DNA of 27,015 bases from assembly GCA_050486505.1 (NCBI GenBank), contig JBJHDK010000031.1, positions 1 through 27,015 of the forward strand, given 5' to 3'. Position numbers and translations under genes: made by a program. Source of the stretch: Fibrobacteria bacterium (GTDB taxonomy: Bacteria; Fibrobacterota; Fibrobacteria; UBA11236). Positions 9,405 through 17,590 of this stretch are shown piece by piece (within the stretch, counting starts at the first letter, position 1; each line of letters starts with the position of its first letter). The notes beneath the pieces were generated by a model. That model was not told where the DNA came from, searched no databases, and saw nothing but the letters and a program-made list of their open reading frames with translations.

Positions 9405-9956
9405 ATGAGACACGGAGTTAAGCTGAACAGGCTGGGTCGGACGTCCGAGCACCGCCGCGCGATGTTGAACAACCTGGCGACTGCGATCCTTAAGCACGGC
9501 CTCAACCCCGAGCAGCTGGATCGCAAGGTGATCACCACCGTCCCGAAGGCGAAAGTCGTGCGTGGATTGGTCGATCGTCTGATTACGTATGCGAAGAAGG
9601 GCGACCTTGGCGCACGCCGCCAGGCTGCCAAGTTCGTGAAGGAGCCGGAAGTCCTGCAAGGACTCTTCTCGGATCTGGGCCCCCGCTACGCCCAGCGTGC
9701 CGGCGGTTACACCCGCATCCTCAAGGTGTCGGAGAACCGCAAGGGCGACAATGCCGAGATGGCGCTGATCACTCTCGTCGAGGATGAAGTCACGCCTCGC
9801 AAGCCGAAGAAGCCCGCAAAGACGTCCCGCAAGGCCGCTCCGAAGAAGAAGCTCGATATCACCAAGAGTGAGCCCAAGGCCGCCGAGGCGACCGAAGCTC
9901 CTGCTGTCGAGGATACGGCTGCGCCCGAGGCGCCGTCCCCGGACGAAACGAAGTAA
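9405..9956 (+). CDS. rplQ: 50S ribosomal protein L17 with internal insertion and low-complexity C-terminal tail
   Basis: MRHG...LGRTSEHRRAMLNNLA, ITTVPKAK, GGYTRILK and RKGDNAEMA motifs. Confidence 0.98.
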   Translation: MRHGVKLNRLGRTSEHRRAMLNNLATAILKHGLNPEQLDRKVITTVPKAKVVRGLVDRLITYAKKGDLGARRQAAKFVKEPEVLQGLFSDLGPRYAQRAGGYTRILKVSENRKGDNAEMALITLVEDEVTPRKPKKPAKTSRKAAPKKKLDITKSEPKAAEATEAPAVEDTAAPEAPSPDETK

Positions 9957-9990
9957 TTGCCGGAGGCGCTCGCTGCGCCGCCGATTTCGT

Positions 9991-10020
9991 AAAGCCCCTG
10001 CCTTGCGGCGGGGGCTTTTC
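9991..10020 (+). terminator. Rho-independent terminator of the ribosomal operon
   Basis: AAAGCCCCTGCC-TTGC-GGCGGGGGCTTT hairpin (one G-U pair) ending in a T run, 35 nt after rplQ. Confidence 0.8.
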
Positions 10021-10105
10021 GTTGCTTTCGGCCGAGGACCCGAACGCAAAGGAACCTTCCCGAAGCGGTGATCGGGAACCGCACCCCCATCCTACCTTTT
10101 CGCAT

Positions 10106-12001
10106 ATGTCTCATGATGCGGCACTTGCACCGGCTGTTGCTGAAAAGCTTTCGCTGATTCCGGTGGATCCGGGCGTGTACCTGATGCAGGATGCGCGCGG
10201 GGAAATCATCTACGTCGGCAAAGCGATCAACCTCCGCAATCGTGTGCGCGGGTACTTTACTGGCCCGGCCGCGGACAGTCATCTGGCCTCGCACGTGTTG
10301 CGTTCGGCGGCTCACGACATGGAATGGATCGTGACGCGCACCGAGGCTGAAGCGTTGATCCTTGAGGCGAACCTGGTGCGCAAGCACAAGCCGCGCTACA
10401 ACGTCGACCTGAAGGATGACAAACACTATCCGTATATCCGGGTGACGGTTTCGGAGGCATTTCCGAGGATCCTGATTACACGCAAAACGGAGAAAAGCGC
10501 CGACCTCTATTTCGGGCCGTTCACGAATGCCCGGGCGATGCGCAACACGGTGCAGTACCTGAACCGCGTGTTTCGGATCAGGGACTGCGATCTGAAGCTT
10601 CCTGTCGCCGAACCCGTGCGGCCCTGTTTGAGCTACCATATCAAGCGCTGTGATGCGCCGTGTGCCCACTTCATCGGCGAGGCGGAGTATCGCGCGCTCG
10701 TCGACGAGGCGGTGTTGTTGTTGCGGGGTCGTCGTCATGAGTTGCAGGGGCGCCTGGAGACAGCGATGCGCGAGGCCTCCGCCCGTCAGGATTACGAGGA
10801 AGCCGGCCGCATTCGTGACCAGATTCGCGATCTGGAGACGGTGCAGGCGCGCCAGCGTGTAGATCTCGGTTCGGATCATGAACCGAAGGACTTTATCGCG
10901 GTGCGACGTTCCGGGAAGGTCGGAAGCGTGGTGGTCCTCGAGGTGCGCGACGGTTTTCTCTCGGACCGCAAGCACTTCGAGGTGCGGATTCCGCTGGAAC
11001 AGGATGAAGGCGCGGTGCTGACCGAGTTCTTGCCGACGTATTACCTCGAACGCAGTCGCGGCGACATCCCGCGCGAAATCCTGCTTTCGCACGCACCTCC
11101 CGTCGAGGAGAATATGGAGACCTTGCTTCGCCAGTTGCGCGGCAAAGCCGTGACGCTCGAGGTTCCGCAGCGCGGGGAAAAGCGCAGGCAACTTGACCTT
11201 GCGATGGCGAACGCGGAGATGCAGCTGACGGAGTATCTCGCGAGACGCGAAAAGAAGGAGCGGCAGAATCACCGCGTCATCGCGCTGCAGGAGGATCTCT
11301 CGTTGCCTTCGCCTCCCGTGAGGATCGAGGGGTTCGACATTTCCCACCTTTCGGGAACCGACACGGTCGCATCGCAGGTGGTGTTCGTGGACGGACGCCC
11401 CAGCAAGAAGGATTATCGGCATTACAACGTGAAGACCGTCGAGGGGATCGATGACTTTGCCTCGATGCGCGAGGTGCTGGGGCGCAGGTTCCGAAAAATG
11501 AAAGAAGATGGGGGTGCGCGTCCCGATCTGATCCTCATCGACGGGGGAAAGGGGCAGTTGCACATGGCGGTGCAGGCCCAGAAGGAGTTCGGGTTCGAGG
11601 AGATTCCCATCCTTGGCTTGGCGAAGCGCATTGAGGAAATCTTTTTGCCGAACCAGTCGGAGCCGGTGCTGTTGCCGAAGACATCCGCCGCGCTGCAGTT
11701 GCTGCAGCAGGTTCGCAACGAGGCCCATCGGTTCGCGGTCACGTTCCAGCGCGGCAAGCGAAAGGTGCGGCTGGTGCGGTCCTGGCTCGATGAGATTCCC
11801 GGTGTGGGCGAGAAGACAAAGATGAAGCTGATCCGCGCATTCAAGTCGCCGCAAAGGGTGCGGGAGGCGACCGGCGAGGAGCTGGCGGCGGCAGCGGGAA
11901 AGGCGGCGGCGAGGCGGATCCTGGAGTGGCTGGAGAGTCCTGGGAGGAAGAGAGATACCGAAATTTCACGGGAATCACCGGATTCCGGTATTTTGAAATA
12001 A
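10106..12001 (+). CDS. uvrC: Excinuclease ABC subunit C
   Basis: GIY-YIG region PGVYLM..IIYVGKAINLRNRV, Cys-rich RPCLSYHIKRCDAPC, RNase H-like RIEGFDISH and PDLILIDGGKGQL, RNEAHRFA, HhH IPGVGEK. Start at 10106 is inferred. Confidence 0.97.
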   Translation: MSHDAALAPAVAEKLSLIPVDPGVYLMQDARGEIIYVGKAINLRNRVRGYFTGPAADSHLASHVLRSAAHDMEWIVTRTEAEALILEANLVRKHKPRYNVDLKDDKHYPYIRVTVSEAFPRILITRKTEKSADLYFGPFTNARAMRNTVQYLNRVFRIRDCDLKLPVAEPVRPCLSYHIKRCDAPCAHFIGEAEYRALVDEAVLLLRGRRHELQGRLETAMREASARQDYEEAGRIRDQIRDLETVQARQRVDLGSDHEPKDFIAVRRSGKVGSVVVLEVRDGFLSDRKHFEVRIPLEQDEGAVLTEFLPTYYLERSRGDIPREILLSHAPPVEENMETLLRQLRGKAVTLEVPQRGEKRRQLDLAMANAEMQLTEYLARREKKERQNHRVIALQEDLSLPSPPVRIEGFDISHLSGTDTVASQVVFVDGRPSKKDYRHYNVKTVEGIDDFASMREVLGRRFRKMKEDGGARPDLILIDGGKGQLHMAVQAQKEFGFEEIPILGLAKRIEEIFLPNQSEPVLLPKTSAALQLLQQVRNEAHRFAVTFQRGKRKVRLVRSWLDEIPGVGEKTKMKLIRAFKSPQRVREATGEELAAAAGKAAARRILEWLESPGRKRDTEISRESPDSGILK

Positions 12002-12030
12002 GTAAGGAATTTTATAGAATGTAAGGAAAT
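11993..12030 (+). promoter_or_regulatory. Putative promoter/operator of the TA operon
   Basis: TTGAAA (11993-11998), 16 bp spacer, TAGAAT (12015-12020); direct repeat GTAAGGAA at 12002-12009 and 12021-12028. Confidence 0.6.
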
Positions 12031-12047
12031 TCAGCCGGGAGGGTTTC

Positions 12048-12293
12048 ATGAGCGTCGCCACCTTGACCAGCAAGGGTCAGATCACTTTGCCCAAGGATAT
12101 CCGGGAGCATCTGAAGGTGTCCACCGGGGATGCAATCAACTTCGTGGTGGGGGAGCACGGTGAGGTTCGCGTCAGGCCGATGAACAAATCCTTGTGGGAC
12201 CTGAAGGGGCGCTTCAAACGGGCCGGTGTAAAACCCGCGACACTGGAGGATATGGATCGGGCCATCGTGGAAGGTGCGATGAGGCGCCTGTGA
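12048..12293 (+). CDS. AbrB/MazE/SpoVT-family antitoxin (VapB-like)
   Basis: ATLTSKGQITLPKDIREHL..GDAINF is an AbrB swapped-hairpin signature; GGAGGG RBS; directly upstream of a PIN gene. Confidence 0.92.
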   Translation: MSVATLTSKGQITLPKDIREHLKVSTGDAINFVVGEHGEVRVRPMNKSLWDLKGRFKRAGVKPATLEDMDRAIVEGAMRRL

Positions 12294-12676
12294 TCGGGTT
12301 GGATACCAATGTGCTGGCGCGTTTCTTGATGGAAGACGATCCGGTACAGACCGAAATCGCGAAGCAATGGGTGCATGACGCGGCGAAGCACAATGAGACA
12401 CTGTACATCAGCCATGTAGTCCTGTGCGAGTTGGTGTGGATTTTGGGTGGCTACTACAAGGTGAATAAAGATGGGATACTTGCGATTCTGGAGGAATTGC
12501 TTTCGACATCCCGGGTTGATGTCGAGCAACACGAAGTAACGTGGGATGCCGTGCATGACTATGCATTCTCAAGTGCGGGCTTTGCCGATTGCCTGATCCG
12601 GCGAAAGGCCCTGGCGGCGGGCTGTTCCGGGCTCAAGACCTTCGATCAGAAGCTGATCGCCGCCAGGCTGGTCTAA
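12290..12676 (+). CDS. vapC: VapC-family PIN-domain toxin
   Basis: MIGLDTNVLARFL, VLCELVWIL, GFADCLI and TFDQKL acidic PIN motifs; GTGA overlap with the antitoxin. Confidence 0.92.
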   Translation: MIGLDTNVLARFLMEDDPVQTEIAKQWVHDAAKHNETLYISHVVLCELVWILGGYYKVNKDGILAILEELLSTSRVDVEQHEVTWDAVHDYAFSSAGFADCLIRRKALAAGCSGLKTFDQKLIAARLV

Positions 12677-12731
12677 CAGCAGTCGCGCGCAAATCCAGGG
12701 ATCGCCGCGCGGTTGCGTTCCTCCGTTCGGA

Positions 12732-13508
12732 TCAATACCCGAACTGCTTCAGGAAGTCAGGCGTCAGGTTCGATTTCTTGCGCCCCGCGATGGAGAAGTA
12801 ATACAGGGGTTTCCCCTCCACCGAAAGGCGGTGACGATAGCGCTCCAGGTGATGCAGGTCGAGGAACTCCGAGAAGAGCAGTTCGCGCATCATGGTCGAG
12901 AACCCCGATTGGTCGCTCTTGAACAGGAACGCGTCCTTGATGTTGAGCGCGACCCACCCTTGGGGCTGGATGAGGTTGAACGCCTCGATAAAGGCCTTGG
13001 GAGGGATGTCGCCGAAGCCCAGTGCTGCCACTGTCGTGAGACAATCGAGCGACCAGGAGGCGATCTCTTCGCGCTTTTCATCATTGAGGTCGCAGAAGTC
13101 CTCGACATAGTAGGCGTCATAGAGTCCGGGGCGGTCGCGTTCGGTGGCGGTGCGCGCTTCGGTGATGATGTCGACTCCCACGAGACGTGAGACGCCCTGT
13201 TTCTTGAGGGATTCGCCCATCATGCCGTTGCCGGCGCCGAGATCGAGCACACGCAGCTCGGAGAAGTTCTCGCGTGATTCGGCCACGGCGGCGCCGAGGA
13301 TTTGCGCGACCTTGGTGGGTGACTGGCACTTGAGGCGGTCGTAGAAGAGCTGCTCGTACAGTCCGGGGAACTTGTAGATCTCGCTGTAATCATGAAGGCG
13401 GATCTTGCGCTTGTCACTGCCGTCGAGCAGGTAGAAGTAGGCCTCGTCCTGTCCGAGGTCGTTGGCGTCGATGGAGGGGAATTGAATGCGGTGTCTCTTC
13501 ATTTGCAT
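12732..13508 (-). CDS. Class I SAM-dependent methyltransferase
   Basis: Motif I RVLDLGAGNG followed by LVGVDI. Start at 13508 (or 13502) is inferred from AAAGGG upstream; substrate unknown. Confidence 0.8.
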   Translation of the reverse strand: MQMKRHRIQFPSIDANDLGQDEAYFYLLDGSDKRKIRLHDYSEIYKFPGLYEQLFYDRLKCQSPTKVAQILGAAVAESRENFSELRVLDLGAGNGMMGESLKKQGVSRLVGVDIITEARTATERDRPGLYDAYYVEDFCDLNDEKREEIASWSLDCLTTVAALGFGDIPPKAFIEAFNLIQPQGWVALNIKDAFLFKSDQSGFSTMMRELLFSEFLDLHHLERYRHRLSVEGKPLYYFSIAGRKKSNLTPDFLKQFGY

Positions 13509-13939
13509 GTCGGTGCCCTTTCGTGGGAACGGGTGAAGAATGCGCATCTGCGCGATAACATCGCGTCCCGACGTGTCATATCATTCCGAAGGCGCAACGG
13601 CATTCCTTCGGGAGTAGCGAACCGGACGCGGTGTAGGGGATGTTTCCAGTATAGTTCGAGCACCCGGGCATTCCAAGTGCAAGCGCACAAGCGGACAGTC
13701 GTTATTTGAATTAAATCGTGACAAATGAAAATCAAGGTTTTTCTTGTGCTTGGAGCGCGTGCCGCGACCAACTAAATTTCCGGTTCTCCCTTGGCGGGAA
13801 TGCGGGAAAAACCGCCTGAAAAGCTGTTTCGGCGGCAATATCGCGGATCGCGCAAAGCACCTGGCCACATGGTCGTGGAGCGCGACAACTCTTCGCGACC
13901 GCCTTGGGCTTTCAAAAACAACCTTTTCGAAGGACACCC

Positions 13940-15469
13940 GTGTTCGATCTTTTCCAGACCAAGGGCTCCAGCGCCAAGAATGAAATCCTGTCCGGCCTCA
14001 CGGTTGCGCTTGCTCTCGTTCCTGAAGCCGTCGCGTTCTCCCTGATCGCAGGCGTCAGCCCGCTGATCGGCCTTTACACTGCCTTCATCATCGGAATCAT
14101 CACCTCGATTTTCGGCGGTCGTCCGGGCATGATTTCGGGCGCGACGGGCGCCATCGCCGTCGTGATCGTCGCGCTGGTGGCGCGTCATGGGGTCGAATAC
14201 CTCTTTGCCGCAGTGGTGCTGATGGGACTCCTTCAGGGGGCGGCGGGGTTCTTCCGGCTCGGCAAGTTCATTCGACTGGTTCCGCACCCCGTGATCTTCG
14301 GGTTCGTGAACGGGCTGGCCATCGTGATCGCCATGGCCCAGTTCCAGCAGTTCAAGACCGATGGAACCGGCGTGGTCTCATGGATGACGGGGACGCCGTT
14401 GTGGACGATGATCGGTCTCGTCGCGGCCACGATGGCCATCATTCATTTTCTGCCCAAACTGACGAAAGCCGTTCCCTCCGCGCTCGCCGCCATTCTTACG
14501 ATTTCCGCACTCGTGATTTTTGCCGGCATTCCCACGCGCACCGTCGGCGACATCGCCTCCATTTCAGGGGGGCTTCCCTCGTTCCACATTCCGATGGTCC
14601 CCTTCACCTGGGAGACCCTGGCCATCATCTTCCCGTACTCCCTGATCATGGCGGCCGTCGGGTTGATCGAGAGCCTGTTGACGCTTACCGTGGTCGACGA
14701 GATGACCGAGACGCGCGGCCGCGGCAACAAGGAATGCGTCGCGCAGGGCGTCGCCAACGTGACGACCGGGTTCTTCGGCGGCATGGGCGGTTGCGCCATG
14801 ATTGGCCAGAGCATCATCAACGTCAGCTCGGGCGGCCGCAACCGCCTGTCCGGAATCACCGCGGCGGTAATGCTGCTGGTGTTCATCCTTTTCGCTGCAC
14901 CGCTCATCGAGATGGTTCCCATGGCGGCATTGGTCGGCCTGATGTTCATGGTGGCCATCGGCACGTTCGAATGGGCGAGCCTCAAGATTTTTCGCAAGGT
15001 TCCAGCCGTGGATGTGGTCGTGATGATCACGGTTTCCGCCGTCACGGTGATTTTCCACAACCTCGCCGTGGCCGTGCTGATCGGCGTCGTCATTTCCGCG
15101 CTCGCATTCGCCTGGGAAAACGCGAAGCGCATTCGCGCGCGCAAGCACACGGATGAGTCCGGGGTGAAGTACTACGAGATTTACGGGCCGCTGTTCTTCG
15201 GATCCACGGCGCTGTTCCAGGAGAAGTTCGATCCCTTGAACGATCCTGCGGAAGTGGTGGTGGACTTCAAGGAGTCCCGCGTCGTGGATCATTCAGCCAT
15301 CGAGGCGCTGCACAAGCTGACGGAGCGTTATGCCCGTGCGGGAAAGACGCTGCACCTTCGCCATCTGAGTGAAGACTGCCGGCGCATGCTCGATAATGCC
15401 TCTGCCATCATCGACGTGAACCATTGGGAAGACCCGAAATACAAGATCGTGTCGAACGAGTTGGGGTGA
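13940..15469 (+). CDS. SulP/SLC26-family anion transporter with C-terminal STAS domain
   Basis: LSGLTVALALVPEAVAFS, GGRPGMISGATGA, GGMGGCAMIGQS and STAS motifs GPLFFGS and VVDHSAIEAL. GTG start at 13940 after AAGGA. Confidence 0.95.
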   Translation: MFDLFQTKGSSAKNEILSGLTVALALVPEAVAFSLIAGVSPLIGLYTAFIIGIITSIFGGRPGMISGATGAIAVVIVALVARHGVEYLFAAVVLMGLLQGAAGFFRLGKFIRLVPHPVIFGFVNGLAIVIAMAQFQQFKTDGTGVVSWMTGTPLWTMIGLVAATMAIIHFLPKLTKAVPSALAAILTISALVIFAGIPTRTVGDIASISGGLPSFHIPMVPFTWETLAIIFPYSLIMAAVGLIESLLTLTVVDEMTETRGRGNKECVAQGVANVTTGFFGGMGGCAMIGQSIINVSSGGRNRLSGITAAVMLLVFILFAAPLIEMVPMAALVGLMFMVAIGTFEWASLKIFRKVPAVDVVVMITVSAVTVIFHNLAVAVLIGVVISALAFAWENAKRIRARKHTDESGVKYYEIYGPLFFGSTALFQEKFDPLNDPAEVVVDFKESRVVDHSAIEALHKLTERYARAGKTLHLRHLSEDCRRMLDNASAIIDVNHWEDPKYKIVSNELG

Positions 15470-15505
15470 CGGGGGGTACCCTCCGCCGGTCACCGCGATG
15501 GAGGG

Positions 15506-16324
15506 TTAGCTTCGCAACATCCCCGCCAAAAACTCCGTCGACTCCCGTAGCGCCCGTTCGGGCTCGTCCTTGAACGGGTACAGATCCGGGGTGATGTCGC
15601 CGGAGTAATCGATGTCACGGAGTACCCGAAACAGGGAGAGGAAATCGATGTCGCCCTCCCCGAAGAGGAGATGCCGATGCACACCCCCCGCAATGTCTTC
15701 AAGGTGCAGGTTCGACACGAAACCCCCGAGCCTGCGCACGGACTCGGCCGGATCCTCGCCGGCCACCACGGCATGGCCCACATCGAAGTTCGCGAAGACC
15801 TCGCCCTCGAATGCGCGGCACAACGCCAGCAACTGGTCGGTGCGATGAATCACATGCTCCGGCTCCTGTTCGATCGCCACGCGCACGGATTTCGGGCGTT
15901 TCGTGACGATGCGCGTCAATGCGTCGAGGAACAACGCTTCCTGCAAGGCGAAGTCGCCGGAGCGCTCCGGCAGCCCGGTCGTCACCGTGAGAAACGGGCT
16001 GCCCAGCATCTCCGCGATGCGGCCGGCCGCGAGGGCGGCTTCGATGCGGCGCGCGCGTCCGACAGGATCGATCGAGGAAAGCCCGGGCGAGTGCATGACC
16101 GGTCCGAGCAGGTAAGGATGTCCGAGCTGCACGTTGCGCACGCGCAGCCCGCGCGCCTCCAGTTCGGTGCGGTAGCCGAGCCAGTACGAGGCATCGACGG
16201 AACGCAGAAGTGAATCGGGGGTGACGACGTATTCGACGCCCCTGAAAGGGGTGGGGAGGAGGGCTTCGGCGATGTCGCGGGCGGTGAATCGGTCCGGCAG
16301 TGATGCGGTGCTATAGCACAGCAT
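15506..16324 (-). CDS. Sugar phosphate isomerase/epimerase (xylose isomerase-like/AP endonuclease 2 TIM barrel)
   Basis: Metal motifs IEQEP, NFDVGH and LHLEDIAGGVHRHLLFGEGDIDF; start overlaps the cyclase stop by 14 nt. Confidence 0.85.
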   Translation of the reverse strand: MLCYSTASLPDRFTARDIAEALLPTPFRGVEYVVTPDSLLRSVDASYWLGYRTELEARGLRVRNVQLGHPYLLGPVMHSPGLSSIDPVGRARRIEAALAAGRIAEMLGSPFLTVTTGLPERSGDFALQEALFLDALTRIVTKRPKSVRVAIEQEPEHVIHRTDQLLALCRAFEGEVFANFDVGHAVVAGEDPAESVRRLGGFVSNLHLEDIAGGVHRHLLFGEGDIDFLSLFRVLRDIDYSGDITPDLYPFKDEPERALRESTEFLAGMLRS

Positions 16325-17417
16325 CCCGGTACTCCGTGAGCACGCGGCGCAGCAGGTCTTCCGGAACCGGAATCAGCACGGAGTCGCCACGGCGGTGCGG
16401 CTTGCCGATCGCCTCCATCAGGATGAGTGCGAGGCCCTGGTCGCGCTTCTTATTGTCGCGGCGCGCCGTCTGGAGGATCTGGCTTGCGGAAATATCCGCG
16501 GGAATCGGCGGGATGCCGCGCAACACACCGAGAAGATCGAGTTGCTTTTCAAGCTCCGCATCGGGCAGCACGCCCATTTCATTGGCGATGCGGCCGGCCA
16601 CCATCATGCCGTGATACACCGCCTCGCCGTGCAGAAGTCGTCCCTGCGAGAGAAACTCCGCGGCATGACCGACGGTGTGGCCGTATTCGAGGACAAGGCC
16701 GAACCCGCGCTCGCTCGGATCCTGTCGCGCGATCTCGAATTTTTGCTCGAGGCTGAAGCGCAGCAGCTTGCGTAATCCTTCCTGGCACAGCATGTCGCCG
16801 CCGCGGATGGCCGCGAGGGCGTGTTCGTAATGCTCGCCGCCCAGCAGGATGGCGTTCTTGCAGTATTCCACCGCCGCCGCGCGCAATTGGCGGTCGGGTT
16901 CGGTGGCAAAGAAACGCGGATCGCAAAGCGCAGCCTCGGGAACGGCGAAGAGTCCCAAACGGTTCTTGCCGCCCGCGAAGTTCACCCCCTGCTTGTTCGA
17001 GACGATGACATCGCTCTGCGCCATCAAGGTGGTGGGCACGTGCACGAAGCGGATCCCGCGATACACCAGTCCTGCGGCGAGGCCCCCCAGGTTCAGCACG
17101 ACGCCCCCCCCGAAGTTCACGATGACCGAGGATTTGGTCGCTCCACGGTCGAAAAGTTTTTCGCACAGGTTTTCGAGATTCGCAAGTTTTTTCTCGTTCT
17201 CGCCCTCGGGAACGAGAATGACTTCGGGAGCCAGGGCTGGCCCGAGCAGGTGAACCAGAAACGAGCCGTACAGGTCGAAGACATGGGGGTCCGAGACAAC
17301 GAACACCTTGTCGGGGGACAGTTCCCGAAGCACTGTCGGGAGGCGATCCACGGCGCCGTCGCCGAAGTGAATCGGCATCCCGCCGGTCAAGGGAGAAGCC
17401 CATGTTTCCATGGGCAT
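16311..17417 (-). CDS. Sugar phosphate cyclase (DHQS superfamily), 2-deoxy-scyllo-inosose synthase (BtrC/DOIS)-like
   Basis: GGGVVLNLGG, HVPTTLMAQSD..SNKQGVN..GKN, RQ..EYCKNAIL, GLVLEYGHTVGHAAE, HGEAV and DNK motifs. Start is uncertain (17411, 17417, 17423 or 17477). Confidence 0.8.
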   Translation of the reverse strand: MPMETWASPLTGGMPIHFGDGAVDRLPTVLRELSPDKVFVVSDPHVFDLYGSFLVHLLGPALAPEVILVPEGENEKKLANLENLCEKLFDRGATKSSVIVNFGGGVVLNLGGLAAGLVYRGIRFVHVPTTLMAQSDVIVSNKQGVNFAGGKNRLGLFAVPEAALCDPRFFATEPDRQLRAAAVEYCKNAILLGGEHYEHALAAIRGGDMLCQEGLRKLLRFSLEQKFEIARQDPSERGFGLVLEYGHTVGHAAEFLSQGRLLHGEAVYHGMMVAGRIANEMGVLPDAELEKQLDLLGVLRGIPPIPADISASQILQTARRDNKKRDQGLALILMEAIGKPHRRGDSVLIPVPEDLLRRVLTEYRDAVL

Positions 17418-17590
17418 GGCCACTTTGGGCGAAGCCTCTTTTTGGGCGCCGGTGAGAGACGCTGCGTGAAGGACCATGAAAGATTCCGCGTCAGAAGGAA
17501 CAGGGACCGGAAAACGATCCGGTTTGTAGATTAAGATACCCCTGAAAGCGTTTTTTCGGGCGTGAAAAAACAGGCAAGGCGGGCTAATCC

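Noticed and set aside
9707..11854. 715 aa minus-strand ORF
   Set aside because: Antisense shadow of uvrC/rplQ with no recognisable motifs; long shadow ORFs are expected in GC-rich, codon-biased genes.
12679..12716. Imperfect inverted repeat between convergent vapC and the methyltransferase
   Set aside because: Large loop, wobble pairs and no T-tail; too weak to call a terminator.
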